Positions 37,254-48,868 of a stretch of DNA of 64,000 nucleotides are shown one piece after another (positions within the stretch are counted from its first letter, which is position 1; each line of letters opens with the position of its first letter). A program made the translations under genes and the position numbers. This DNA comes from a virus. The notes beneath the pieces are model-generated. The model was not told the DNA's origin. It did not search any database and saw nothing but the letters and a program-made list of their open reading frames with translations. The stretch is from positions 32,001 through 96,000 of the IMG/VR virus record IMGVR_UViG_3300042896_000657, one strand, 5' to 3'.

Positions 37254-38599
37254 AATATTTTAGTCAGGATTATTTTATTATATTTCTATATATGAAAAGA
37301 AATAAAATACCATTTATTCATCCTAACCAATATGCTGCATTCGATCAAAATATGAAAGTATTTGCAGGATATAAGGATGGTTATCCATTATGGTCTAATA
37401 ATGCAAATGATTTTAAGTATATAAATGATACATCCCATCCTAAAGCACTTAGAGATTGGTTTCCTGAAAAACAAATTGAATTAATTAAAATATAAATTAT
37501 GGCTGCAAAAAGCAAAAATAAATACGATGTATTTAATTGGATTAAAGATAAAGTTATTCCATCATGTAAAACACTCCAACAAAGTGTGGTTTGTGAAAAA
37601 TTAATTCACAATTTTCAAGAAGTATATAATGACTACGAATTAACTAGACTATTAATGTTAGACTGTGTATATTATGAAAATGTTTAAATTATTTAAGAGA
37701 GTGGATCCAATATTCGTTGTTGGGTTCCCTATGACTATAAAAGGAGATCAAGTAGATTCATTTCATGAACAATTAATGAAAGAATTGAAAGGATATCATG
37801 TTCTAGCATATAGAGATAATACAATAAAAGCTATTAAATTTGAATGCTTTAATTGTGAAATTAACGAAATTGAATTTAATGAATTGAAAGAAAAATTATA
37901 TAAAACCGTTATCAATAATGAAAGCAATATTAGAGTTTAATCTACCAGAAGATAATATAGAATATGAATTAGTAAATAATGCTGGAAAAATGCATTCAGT
38001 TTTATGGGATATGGATCAATGGTTAAGAGCACAATACAAATATATGCCAGATGAAGAATATAATGAAGTTGCATATAATACATATTTAAAATGTAGAGAA
38101 CAACTACGTGAATTATTAAATGAAAAAAATATAGATTTATAAATAATATAAATTATGAAACTAAGCAATAAACGTAAATTTTTATTCTGTTATAATCATT
38201 TTACAGAAATGATTACTATTACTTATAAAGATTCTACATTTGATAAACAAAGATTAAGACATAAAGATTGGATGCCTAGGGTGTTTGAATGTAATAGTAG
38301 TGAAGTAATGGATAATATTAGATATTATAGAAAGAAAAATCCTAATGTTTTTATATCTAAAATAACTTAAACCAATATAAATAATTTAGATAAAACAATA
38401 GAAAGTTATGAATAAAGAAGATACATATTCAATACCTATTTACGAAAATGGGGTGAAGACAAAATGGACAGTTGATGGTATAATTGGTGATGAGAGATAT
38501 TTTAAATTATTAGAGTTGGGTAATGGAAAAGATTTACCCGATATGATTCACACGACAACGAATGGTATGATACTGAAAAATCAAAAACAATAAATAAAT

Positions 38600-39157
38600 A
38601 TGAACAACCTAGATAACCAATCCACAGATTTAATTGGTGATTGCTATAAAAAGTATTATACTGAATGGAGTAAAAGCGTTCCAGGTGATGGTACATTTAG
38701 TTCTAATGAATATTCGTCACCTTCAAAATATGAAGCATGTAATTTTACAAAAGAAGAATTCATCAACAAAATTAAAACAGATGATGAGTTTGCTAAGAAG
38801 TGGGGAGTTAAAGTTGAAGTAAGAGAGTTGACAATTTACGAAAGAGCAAACCTATACGTGAAAAAAATAGTAAAAGAATATAAAGATGCTACTCCAAAAG
38901 AAATATGGGAGGGAGTTAGAGATAATTTTATATTTGGATTTTTAGGAGCAATGCTTGTAGTATTCATTGCCACCAGAACAGATCTGGCAGTTCTAGTAGG
39001 ATATATTACATATTATTTATATATGGGTAGAATTGTAAATAGACCTAAATATATTACTGATTTAGGAAGATTAATAGTATTCCCAATTCCATCATCAGTA
39101 GGTGCATTTGTAGGATATAAATTAAGTTATTTAGTACATCAATATTTATTGGTATGA
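38600..39157 (+). CDS. Hypothetical membrane protein (apparently chimeric)
   Basis: Soluble N-terminal half followed by three TM segments. Confidence 0.55.
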   Translation: MNNLDNQSTDLIGDCYKKYYTEWSKSVPGDGTFSSNEYSSPSKYEACNFTKEEFINKIKTDDEFAKKWGVKVEVRELTIYERANLYVKKIVKEYKDATPKEIWEGVRDNFIFGFLGAMLVVFIATRTDLAVLVGYITYYLYMGRIVNRPKYITDLGRLIVFPIPSSVGAFVGYKLSYLVHQYLLV

Positions 39158-39789
39158 AAATAATATTATTATCCTTATTATTAGTTGTTAGTTTTACAAT
39201 TAATGCTCAAACAGTAGTATTAAAACATAAAACATATACATCAACATATGATACTATAAAAAACTATCCAATAATGGTAGAATATTGGTTAACTAAAGCA
39301 ATGTTGGTATGTCATGTTAGAATACCTAGAGGAACAAAATTTATGCCTGATCCACTATTAAAAAAAGAAACAGATCTACAATCGAGTTATGATAAGTCTG
39401 GTTACGATAGAGGGCACAATATGAATGCTGAGGATAACAGATGTGATCAAATAGGAATGAATGAATCATTCTACTTCAGTAACATGACTCCACAAGATCC
39501 AAGATTAAATAGAGGTGTTTGGAAGTCACTTGAAACTAAAGTAAGAGAGACGGCAGCACTAGATGACAGTATTAAAGTATGGATGGGTTCAGTTGGTGAA
39601 ATTAAAAAAATAGGTAAATTATCAATTCCTACTCATTGTTGGAAAGTAATTTATGATAATAAAACTAAACAATATCAAGCTTGGATATTCCCAAACATAT
39701 CTCCAAAAATTATGGAAGTAGATAATTATAAATCAACGGTTGAAGATGTTGAGAAATTATCTAAATTAAAATTTGTAATATCAAAATAA
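39154..39789 (+). CDS. Secreted DNA/RNA non-specific endonuclease (NucA/EndoG family)
   Basis: Signal peptide; GYDRGH, SNMTPQ..LNRGVW..LE. Confidence 0.92.
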   Translation: MKIILLSLLLVVSFTINAQTVVLKHKTYTSTYDTIKNYPIMVEYWLTKAMLVCHVRIPRGTKFMPDPLLKKETDLQSSYDKSGYDRGHNMNAEDNRCDQIGMNESFYFSNMTPQDPRLNRGVWKSLETKVRETAALDDSIKVWMGSVGEIKKIGKLSIPTHCWKVIYDNKTKQYQAWIFPNISPKIMEVDNYKSTVEDVEKLSKLKFVISK

Positions 39790-39807
39790 AATTAGTATAT
39801 TAAGGTT

Positions 39808-40485
39808 ATGAAAATAATATTAATAAGTGACACACACAACAGACACAGAGAAGTAACAGTACCTAATGGTGATATTCTAATACATTCAGGAGACTTTTCA
39901 GGTAGAGGAAATCCTTATGAAGTTGAAGATTTCTTAGAATGGTTCACATCCCATCCCCACACTAATAAAATATTCATAGCAGGTAATCATGATGTGTCTT
40001 TTGAAGATAAACCAGAATGGTTAAAAGATATGTTAGATAAATTACCTCCTAATATATTTTATTTAGAAGATAGCTCAGTGATTATTGATGAAATTAAATT
40101 TTATGGATCACCATGGCAACCAGAATTTCATAATTGGGCATTTAATCTAGTAAGAGGTCCTGAATTAGCTGAAAAATGGGCTAAAATTCCATTAGATACA
40201 AATGTATTAATTACTCATGGGCCTGCTTATGGATATTTAGATTATACAATATTCGGTCATCAAAATGTAGGATGCCATGATTTGCTTGAAAGAATACAAG
40301 AAGTAAAACCCCAAATACATACTTGTGGTCATATTCATCATTCACACGGAAGTAAATACGATGAATATACAATGTATTTTAATGCTTCTATATGTGATGA
40401 AAGATATCAACCAACAAATAAACCATGGATTGTTGATTTAGATCTTGATACTAAAAAGATAATCGACTACTTCCAAGCAGATTAG
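39808..40485 (+). CDS. Metallophosphoesterase (MPPED/calcineurin-like)
   Basis: SDTH, HSGD, AGNHD, THGP, GHIH. Confidence 0.92.
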   Translation: MKIILISDTHNRHREVTVPNGDILIHSGDFSGRGNPYEVEDFLEWFTSHPHTNKIFIAGNHDVSFEDKPEWLKDMLDKLPPNIFYLEDSSVIIDEIKFYGSPWQPEFHNWAFNLVRGPELAEKWAKIPLDTNVLITHGPAYGYLDYTIFGHQNVGCHDLLERIQEVKPQIHTCGHIHHSHGSKYDEYTMYFNASICDERYQPTNKPWIVDLDLDTKKIIDYFQAD

Positions 40486-41038
40486 AGTGGGAATATCACA
40501 ATAAATTAGTTATATTGAATTTAAATAAATAGTTATATGGATGTAATAGAAAATATTATAATAGAATTTCACCAAGACGATAATGTCGTTTATGTTACTC
40601 GAGAAGATTATTTAGATAAAAATTTTAAATTAAAAACTAAGTATCTCTTTAGCTATGGTACTTTATCAGGTAATAGGAAAACACGTATAAATACCTATTA
40701 TAAATCAATAGCTGGTGTAATGAAACAATTCAATAAAGCAGTTGATGCAATTAAAAACGGAACTAAAATAAAATAAATATGGCTGATTATAGTAAACAAT
40801 GGTGCGAATTAAATGATTCAGATAGGTCTTTTGATTTTGATATTTTTAAAGAATTTGAAAAATTATCTAAAAATCATTATATTTCAATGATATGTGAGGG
40901 ATTTGGATTTATAGCAATAATGAGAGATCATGAAGATAGATGCTTATTAGCATTTGATGATGATGGTGAAATTATATGGGAAGAATATGATCAATTTATA
41001 AATAGAACTATAGAATTAAAATAATAAAATAAAACAAT

Positions 41039-41935
41039 ATGAGCAAAATAAGTCCAGATAAATTAATGATTAGTAGCGACTTCTACTCAGTACAGGGTGA
41101 AGGTCGATCAACAGGAGTACCATCATATTTCATTCGCTTAGGCCTATGTAATTTAACTTGTGGTTTTTCACGAACATTTGGAAATCAATTATTAAAAGAT
41201 AAATCATTAGAGGATGGAGAAATCTTCAAAGGTGATTTAGAATTAGAAGGTAAAGCTAGCTGGACTTGTGATAGTACAAGTCAGTGGTTATGGAGAGGTG
41301 TTGATAAAGACTTTCAATACCTAATTGATCAATGGAAAGAACAAGGTATTTATCAAGATATTTTAGATGGAGTAATTCATTTGATTTGGACAGGTGGAGA
41401 ACCAACAATTAAAGGTCATCAAGTATCTATTGTTAATTTTCATAAATACTGGAGTGAATTAGAGAAAGATAATATACAGACGAAAGTAGAATTATATGAT
41501 GGTTTAACTGGTAAGATATGGACGTATTATAAACCAATAAATGTATTTAATGAAATTGAAACTAATGGTACTATATATATTGAAGATGATTTATTTTATC
41601 AATTAGACCAAATCAATTGCTCCCCAAAATTAACAAATTCAGGTATGGCTGAAAAACAACGTATTGTCCCTGCAGCTATTAAACGTATAATGGAACATGG
41701 AAATTACCAATTTAAATTTGTTATATCAACCGAAGATGATGTTAAGGAATTATTCCGTGACTTTGTAGAACCATTTAATATACCATTGAAAAACGTAATT
41801 TGTATGCCTGGATTAGATGATCAAGCAGATTTTCATGAGCGCACTCAATTCTGTTTAGAAATGGGAAAAAAATACAAATTTACAGCCTTAACACGCTTAC
41901 ATATCTCAGCATGGAATAAAACGCTTAATGTATAA
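41039..41935 (+). CDS. queE: 7-carboxy-7-deazaguanine synthase-like radical SAM enzyme
   Basis: FYSVQGEG..G.PSYFIRL, CNLTC..WTCD, TGGEP, ETNGT, CSPK, RLH. Confidence 0.8.
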   Translation: MSKISPDKLMISSDFYSVQGEGRSTGVPSYFIRLGLCNLTCGFSRTFGNQLLKDKSLEDGEIFKGDLELEGKASWTCDSTSQWLWRGVDKDFQYLIDQWKEQGIYQDILDGVIHLIWTGGEPTIKGHQVSIVNFHKYWSELEKDNIQTKVELYDGLTGKIWTYYKPINVFNEIETNGTIYIEDDLFYQLDQINCSPKLTNSGMAEKQRIVPAAIKRIMEHGNYQFKFVISTEDDVKELFRDFVEPFNIPLKNVICMPGLDDQADFHERTQFCLEMGKKYKFTALTRLHISAWNKTLNV

Positions 41936-42092
41936 TTATGGCTACAGAAAAAATTAATCATGAAATACTAAATACAATACTTCAATTAATTGAAATATTA
42001 CATGAAATTGAGGATGTTGATACTTTAGGAAATACTATTAGTATTAAAGCAAAAATAGTAAATAAAATTGATCACTTATTAGATGATTTATA

Positions 42093-42503
42093 ATGAATAA
42101 AATTTATTTATCTTGGGATGATGTTAATCATTTAGTTGATAAATTAGCTATTGAAATTAATAGCTACCCAACACAACCAACATATGTAACAGGATTAGCC
42201 AGAGGAGGATTAATTCCTGCAGTTATGTTATCTCATAAAACAAATTTAAAATATATATCTAGTGATAAATTAAATACAGTTCCATATATTGATGTATTAA
42301 TTGTTGATGATATTGCTGATTCAGGAGAAACATTAAGCCAATATACATCTTGGAATACTGCTGTATTACATTATAAATTACAATCAGAACATATTCCAAC
42401 ATATTATGCAGAAATAGTACCTGATAATATATGGATGAGTTACCCATGGGAAAAAGACGATGCTAGACCAATTCAGGATTATTTAAAAAATGATAAAAAA
42501 TGA
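42093..42503 (+). CDS. Type I phosphoribosyltransferase (Gpt-like)
   Basis: ARGGLIPA, VLIVDDIADSGETL, YPWE. Confidence 0.88.
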   Translation: MNKIYLSWDDVNHLVDKLAIEINSYPTQPTYVTGLARGGLIPAVMLSHKTNLKYISSDKLNTVPYIDVLIVDDIADSGETLSQYTSWNTAVLHYKLQSEHIPTYYAEIVPDNIWMSYPWEKDDARPIQDYLKNDKK

Positions 42504-42757
42504 AGAATATACAGATGGATTTGAAAATTATGATCAGCGTATAGCTAATCTACTATTATTTATTAAACAACAAAATGCACAAGCGCTTCGAGAAGAAGCA
42601 TTTATAAATTGTCACAATAAAAATATTACATTTAAAACGAAAAAGAAACACAAATCAAAAGCTCAAGTAAGGAGAGAGCAATTACAAAAATTACAAAAAC
42701 AAGTGCCCAAAATGGGTAACGTTTCAAAATTTTTTAACTTTTAAACTTAAAACAGTT

Positions 42758-43306
42758 ATGATTTACAAGTACAGTAAAAAAGAATTATTATTTAAAAACG
42801 TATTTTTAAAATACGTGTCAACAACATTATTATCATTTTTATTATTAATTACAGTTACGGCATTATTATCATTTCATTATGGGAAAGAAAAAGGTGTTAG
42901 TTCATTATCAAATGAAGAAAAAACAGTTATAATTGAAAAAATAGATCCATTTAAAGTAGTGGAATTAAAAGAATATTTAGTTGATCTAAATGTTAAATTT
43001 CCTGATGTTGTTTATGCTCAAGCAAGATTAGAAACTAATGGTTTTAAATCTAAAATATTTAAAGAAAATAACAATTTATTTGGGATGAAGACAGCAACTA
43101 AACGCTCTTCAACTAATAAAGGAGAACAACATGGTCATGCTTATTATGATAATTGGAGAGAATCAGTATTGGACTTTGCATTATGGCAATGTAGATATTT
43201 GTCTACTATTAATACTAGAGAAGAATATTTAAGATATTTAAAAGCAAATTATGCTGAGGATCCTAATTATATAAATAAACTAAATAAATTATTAAATGAA
43301 GAATGA
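42758..43306 (+). CDS. Membrane-anchored glucosaminidase (GH73-like)
   Basis: AQARLET, NNLFGMK, YAEDPNY. Confidence 0.85.
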   Translation: MIYKYSKKELLFKNVFLKYVSTTLLSFLLLITVTALLSFHYGKEKGVSSLSNEEKTVIIEKIDPFKVVELKEYLVDLNVKFPDVVYAQARLETNGFKSKIFKENNNLFGMKTATKRSSTNKGEQHGHAYYDNWRESVLDFALWQCRYLSTINTREEYLRYLKANYAEDPNYINKLNKLLNEE

Positions 43307-43778
43307 TATTTCCCAAAGTATAGTCTCAGAATCTATGATTCAAGAATTAAGAATTGAATTATCTAATGATAAAAGATATAAATTAGCATTTCATGAATTA
43401 GAAAAGGAAATACAATCTTTACCATTCAGAACAACTGAAGATTTAATTAATATATCTAAATTAACATCTAAAATTAAAAATGATTTTAATATTATTTAAT
43501 ATTGGATTGTCATAGTTTGTTTCGTATCTTGATGGTATGAAAAAAGCAATAAAAATACAAGCTGAACAAATTGGAGATAAATGGTATGTAGTTGGAGATG
43601 GTTTAAAAATGCCTGTCCCTTCTCAAGAACATGCTATTGTTATATCTAATTATTTGATGACTGCTGAAGTGCCTGATCCTAATTTTAATCCTGGTAGAAG
43701 GAAAAAATCAGTGTAGTGTCACAATCCACCTCGTATATTAACGTATTAGATAATTAAAACAAATAAAACAAAAAGGTT

Positions 43779-44564
43779 ATGAAAAATCAAACATTAACAT
43801 TAGATCAAGTTAAAGAAAAATGTCCAACTGCATTTACAATGCAAGCTTCACCTGCAACCACTACTGAACGTTACACTCACATTCCAACATCAGTAGTAAT
43901 TGAGGATTTAATGAAATTAGGTTGGCAACCAACCGAGGCTAAACAAGTTAAGGCTCGTAAGAATATAGGTTATCAAAAACACTTAATCACATTTACTAAT
44001 CCTAATATTATGATTAAAGGTGAAGGTGGTGATGATGTTCAACCAACAGTATTACTAACTAATTCACATGATGGAAAAAATGCATTCCATTTTCAAGTTG
44101 GATTAATTAGATTCGTTTGTGAGAATGGATTAGTAATTAGTGATCAAGATTTCGCTAAAGTTTCAATTCGTCACACTGGTTATTCATTTGAGGAATTACA
44201 GGTAAAGATTGCTGGTGTAATTGAGAAATTACCAAATTTAGTAGAAAAAATTAATATATTTAAAACTACTGAATTAAGTGATGAACAAGTAATTGAATTT
44301 GCAACTAAAGCATCACAACTTCGTTTCAATAACGATAAATCAGAAACTGTAGTTGATATTAATGGATTATTAGTAGTTGAACGTGTTGAGGATGAAGGTA
44401 ATGATTTATGGTCTGTTTTCAATCGTGTTCAGGAAAAATTGATTAATGGTAATTTTAGCTATGGAAGAAAAAACCGTAAAGCTAGGTCAATTAAAAATTT
44501 CACTCAAGATTTAAATATTAATAAAGATCTTTGGGAAGTTGCTAATGACTATGTATTAGTATAA
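43779..44564 (+). CDS. DUF932/DUF945 family protein
   Basis: YTHIPT, NSHDG, GLIRFVCENGL, LWSVFNRVQE. Confidence 0.85.
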   Translation: MKNQTLTLDQVKEKCPTAFTMQASPATTTERYTHIPTSVVIEDLMKLGWQPTEAKQVKARKNIGYQKHLITFTNPNIMIKGEGGDDVQPTVLLTNSHDGKNAFHFQVGLIRFVCENGLVISDQDFAKVSIRHTGYSFEELQVKIAGVIEKLPNLVEKINIFKTTELSDEQVIEFATKASQLRFNNDKSETVVDINGLLVVERVEDEGNDLWSVFNRVQEKLINGNFSYGRKNRKARSIKNFTQDLNINKDLWEVANDYVLV

Positions 44565-44745
44565 CATCATAGGAGGCTCGTCAGGGCCTCCTCATTATAT
44601 TAATGTATGAGATAAAAAAGATATGAAAAATAAAATTATGAATCAACAAGAGATTAAAGAATGGATTGATAGATGGTCAAAATTAAAACCATCCTCTAAA
44701 AGGGATATGGTTATTAAGATTTGGTCAAGATTATTAAAATAATAT

Positions 44746-44852
44746 AGTCAGGTGGCGGAATGGTAGACGCTAGAAGTGAATAGATAAGTAAGTGTATTGT
44801 CGCTTAAACAACTTTGCTACTTATCATACAGGTTCGAATCCTGTCCTGACCA
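44746..44852 (+). ncRNA. tRNA-like scaffold RNA, copy 4
   Basis: Conserved ends; core closed by GATAAGTA/TACTTATC. Confidence 0.75.
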
Positions 44853-44861
44853 CACAAAAAA

Positions 44862-44961
44862 TGTGTTGTTCCCTTGAGAAAGGAAATATAAAGATTAGTG
44901 ACATTACTTGAATTATGGAAAACATAATCGTACACTACAACACAGAGGACTTCTCATCCTC
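44862..44961 (+). ncRNA. Structured RNA with possible kissing loops between scaffold copies 4 and 5
   Basis: TGTGTTG/CAACACA closing stem; loop TGAGAA complementary to loop TTCTCA of GAGGA-CTTCTCA-TCCTC. Confidence 0.5.
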
Positions 44962-44966
44962 AACAT

Positions 44967-45089
44967 AGTCAGGTGGCGGAATGGTAGACGCTAATGAATT
45001 GTCCTGAGATGAGACGATGCCTAACACCAGCAGAGACTTAATGGTGTCCGAGAAGATTAGGTGTACAGGTTCGAATCCTGTCCTGACTA
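44967..45089 (+). ncRNA. tRNA-like scaffold RNA, copy 5
   Basis: Conserved ends; core stems GCCTAA/TTAGGT and ACACCA/TGGTGT. Confidence 0.75.
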
Positions 45090-45102
45090 CAAAAAATAAA
45101 TT

Positions 45103-45216
45103 ATGAAAATTAGATTACGGACACAAAAAGAAAAGTTTTTTATAGGAAGTGTTATCATATTAGTAATTGCTGGTTTGAGTGTAGTAGTAACAATATTCTA
45201 TTCTATATTAAAATAA
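45103..45216 (+). CDS. 37-aa single-TM peptide between scaffold copies 5 and 6
   Basis: MKIRLRTQKEKFFIGSVIILVIAGLSVVVTIFYSILK*. Confidence 0.5.
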   Translation: MKIRLRTQKEKFFIGSVIILVIAGLSVVVTIFYSILK

Positions 45217-45222
45217 AAAAAT

Positions 45223-45380
45223 AGTCAGGTGGCGAAATTGGTAGACGCCTAATAAACTAACAAGTGAGGTAATTAGCACTTGGTTACGATGGGGAAAAAT
45301 TCAAAGTAATGTTTTTTAGAAAAGTGAAAAGTAAGAAGTACAATGAAAATCATTTACAGGTTCGAATCCTGTTCTGACTA
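45223..45380 (+). ncRNA. tRNA-like scaffold RNA, copy 6
   Basis: Conserved ends; longest core; CAAGTG/CACTTG stem. Confidence 0.75.
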
Positions 45381-45440
45381 CAATTTAAGGTTGGTTAATC
45401 ACAATCCTTTTCATATATTAATATATAAGATAAAAAGGTT

Positions 45441-45719
45441 ATGAAATATACAGTCACATCAATTATTCCCCCACGTTTATATTCAGGATTGGATAATAAA
45501 ACGTATGTTGTTCCTCAATGGATTGAGGTACCATCAAATACTAAACTTGAAGATATTAATTGGATTAAATTTATACCTAAACCAAAACCAGTTATTATTG
45601 ATAATGGTTATAACACTCGTTATGATGCTGTATCTAAAAAATATATATGTGGATGTCAAGGATATTGGAGAGCGAAAGGATTATGTAAGCATGTTAAAGA
45701 ATTAATGTCAAAACGATGA
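45441..45719 (+). CDS. SWIM zinc-finger protein
   Basis: CGC..CKHV. Confidence 0.75.
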   Translation: MKYTVTSIIPPRLYSGLDNKTYVVPQWIEVPSNTKLEDINWIKFIPKPKPVIIDNGYNTRYDAVSKKYICGCQGYWRAKGLCKHVKELMSKR

Positions 45720-46626
45720 AAGAAACACTTAATCTTCAACCTATATCAATAGGTAAACAGCATCTTAATACAATATACCAATCCGTTGAGACATCGTTGA
45801 ATATAACGTTATCTAGCGCAGGTAAGCGTACAATACGTCGTGATATTGATAGATATCTTTTACTTTATGATAATAAAATAGATAGAGTATTAGAATACTT
45901 TTCTAATTATAGAGATAATATTAAAAAACTATATTTGGGATATAATGAAGAGGCTTTAAATGGTATTATTAAATATTTAGCAAAATGATTATAATAATGC
46001 AAAATACATTAGAGTATATGATACAATTATCAAAGACTCCAAACAATGATCCAGCAAATATTAGTAATAACATTGCTGAATTATGGCATTATATTAAACC
46101 AGATAATGTAAGAGAAACAGCAGATGGAATTAGATACGTAAAATTAGAATTATAATGGAAACACCAAAACCAACATTAGAAAGAGCTACATTTGAATTTA
46201 GTCAAGATGCTAATTGTCTTTCAGATCAAGATGATTTTGAAACTCTAATTATTGAAGCTCAAAGTTCATTAGGTATTGATAGAGATGAGGATTGTTTCTT
46301 CATTTTAAAAACTGAAAAATGGTCCATTGATAGTGTTGAGGACTTGAAATTATTATTTGATAGAATTGAAAAAGTAATTATAAATAAAAAATGATAACGC
46401 TAACACCAAAAGAAAAAGCAAAGGAATTAGTAAATACATTTTTAAGAACTTATAAGGTTAGTCTTTATCCTCCATTTACTAAAGCATCTGATGAAGCTAA
46501 AGAATGTGCATTAATAGCAGTTGATGAGATAATAAAAGAATTTGAAAATATTTTTTCAATATTTACCGATAAAAATTCTCCAAGATTAATTTATTGGCAA
46601 CAAGTTAAACAAGAAATAGAAAAGTT

Positions 46627-46923
46627 ATGAAAAACATTTTAGGAAAAACAGAGAATTTAACATTATTTGACAAGGATGGTAGATTATTGTATAATTTTTA
46701 CAAAGGTTCAGATGGATATAGTTATGAAAGAACCTACGATTCAAATGGTAATGTGTTGACATTCAAAGATTCAACTGGATATAGTTCTGAGTACACTTAT
46801 GATTCAGATGGTAAAGAATTAACATATAAAAATTCAACTGGATTTACACGAGGTTTTGACATTCCCGAATACACAATGGAGGAACTTGTAGAGAGATTAG
46901 GCAACTTTAAAATTAAGAAATAG
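46627..46923 (+). CDS. YD-repeat-like small protein
   Basis: Repeated YDSNGNVLT/YDSDGKELT units. Confidence 0.7.
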   Translation: MKNILGKTENLTLFDKDGRLLYNFYKGSDGYSYERTYDSNGNVLTFKDSTGYSSEYTYDSDGKELTYKNSTGFTRGFDIPEYTMEELVERLGNFKIKK

Positions 46924-46930
46924 AAAAGTT

Positions 46931-47272
46931 ATGAGTAAATTAATACTAGGAATATTATTAGGATCATTAGCTCAAATAATAACGTTCTTTCAATTTCAGG
47001 GACAATTCAAGATAGAATGGATGAAGAATAATCCATTCATTGTATCATTTTTAGGAATACCAATCGCTTATATATTCTTACTATCAGTAAAACATATGGT
47101 ATCATATTACGATGGACAATTATGGCCCAGTAGATTAATTGGATTTGGCATTGGAATGGTAATATTCATTGTAATGTCTAAATTATGGTTTAATGAAGAT
47201 CTATCAGCTAAAACATTAGTATGTTTAGCATTATCTGTAGTAATTATATTAATTCAAATATTTTGGAAATAA
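46931..47272 (+). CDS. Four-TM membrane protein (DMT/SMR-like)
   Basis: Four hydrophobic helices in 113 aa. Confidence 0.6.
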   Translation: MSKLILGILLGSLAQIITFFQFQGQFKIEWMKNNPFIVSFLGIPIAYIFLLSVKHMVSYYDGQLWPSRLIGFGIGMVIFIVMSKLWFNEDLSAKTLVCLALSVVIILIQIFWK

Positions 47273-47385
47273 TAAGTTGTAAGTATTACATTAATATGAT
47301 ATTTTACTTAATATTTTTAATATGTATCTGTATCACCAATAAAATCCTATTTGCTATTTAATATTAAATTTAGCGTTAGGTGTAT

Positions 47386-47901
47386 ATGATGATTAATAAA
47401 TGTATAATAATCTTATTTATTCTGCTTCCTAGTCTAGGACTAGCACAGAACTCAACCCAGACTAATCAGTCAAAAGAACAACAAACCAAAATTGAATATT
47501 TTAATCAAATAGTAGGAGTAGCATTAGATTATACTCCATCATCATTAAGACTACATGATTTTATATTTGACTGGATCGGTAAACCTTATCGATTTGGAGG
47601 AGAATCAAAAAAAGGTATTGATTGTTCAGCCTTAGTTAGAGAACTATATAGTAAAGTATTTGAAATATCTTTACCTAGAAGTTCAAAACAACAATTTAAA
47701 TATACTGAATTAATTAATAAAAATGAATTACAAATAGGAGACTTAGTATTCTTTAAAATTAAAACCAAACAAATCAGTCATGTGGGGGTGTATTTGGGAG
47801 AAGATAAATTCTTTCAAGCAAGTAATAGTGGAGTAACTATTTCATCACTACAACACCCGTATTGGAAAAAATACTACTATAAAGGTGGTAGAGTAAATTA
47901 A
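47386..47901 (+). CDS. NlpC/P60 peptidoglycan endopeptidase (Spr-like)
   Basis: GKPYRFGG, GIDCSA, LPRSS, GDLVFF, HVGVY; start codon uncertain. Confidence 0.92.
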   Translation: MMINKCIIILFILLPSLGLAQNSTQTNQSKEQQTKIEYFNQIVGVALDYTPSSLRLHDFIFDWIGKPYRFGGESKKGIDCSALVRELYSKVFEISLPRSSKQQFKYTELINKNELQIGDLVFFKIKTKQISHVGVYLGEDKFFQASNSGVTISSLQHPYWKKYYYKGGRVN

Positions 47902-48069
47902 AATAATATGGAAGATTTAAAAAATAAAAACGATAAATTAGTTGACGAAGTACTTCACTTAGTAGATATAATTGAAGAAAGAGATAAAAAAATAGAAGAA
48001 CTTGAGAATGAATTAAATAAAATAATTATCCCTAGTGGATCATCAGGATAAAATTAATATATTAATATT

Positions 48070-48702
48070 ATGAAATTAAAATACGAAGATTCAGTACTTG
48101 AAAAGATTGTGGATTTTTTCTGGTACGATTGTAAACTATGGAAAATTAAAGATGTCTTAACTATAGGCATACCTAACTTCTTTAAAAACATTTGGCGTTT
48201 TCGTAAAGAACTATATCAACACCAATGGTGGGATTATCATTTCACATTACAAATGATGTATCGTTCCTTAAGTATTATGGTTGTTAAATTAGAGAAGGAT
48301 GGCATTGAAATAGATTCACATCGCTTAAAAAAAGTTAATGCAATTAAAAGAGCATTAACAATACTTAAATCTAAAATTGATGGAGATTATATTGAACGTG
48401 CTGAATTAAAATATGGAGAAATACATTTAAGACCATTTCAATTTGAACCTATAGAAAATAGTAATTTATATAGAATGGTTGATGATGATACTCCAGCAGA
48501 AAAGAAACATAATTCAAAGGTATATTCATATGCTAATAAATTAGAAGAAGATGAATGGAAAGAACTTTGGAAAATCTTTGAAGGTCAAGATATTAAACAA
48601 TATTCTAAATTATTAAAATCAAAAACAAAAGAAGAACAACGAAATAATGATGTTTGGGGAGAATGGTTTGACGGATCAGGTATGAGAAGCTGGTGGGATT
48701 AA
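48070..48702 (+). CDS. Conserved phage hypothetical protein
   Basis: 210 aa; Trp-rich, ending GMRSWWD. Confidence 0.7.
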   Translation: MKLKYEDSVLEKIVDFFWYDCKLWKIKDVLTIGIPNFFKNIWRFRKELYQHQWWDYHFTLQMMYRSLSIMVVKLEKDGIEIDSHRLKKVNAIKRALTILKSKIDGDYIERAELKYGEIHLRPFQFEPIENSNLYRMVDDDTPAEKKHNSKVYSYANKLEEDEWKELWKIFEGQDIKQYSKLLKSKTKEEQRNNDVWGEWFDGSGMRSWWD

Positions 48703-48868
48703 TCAGAATCCAAATCGTATATTAATGTATTAAATAAGAATAATATGAAAGATAAAAAAGATGAACTAATTGCATTAGTATTATTTATTATTACTATGTT
48801 AATAGTAATTTGGATATTATAAGTAAAATAAAGGTTATGAAAATTACATTAAATAGAGGTCAGAAATT

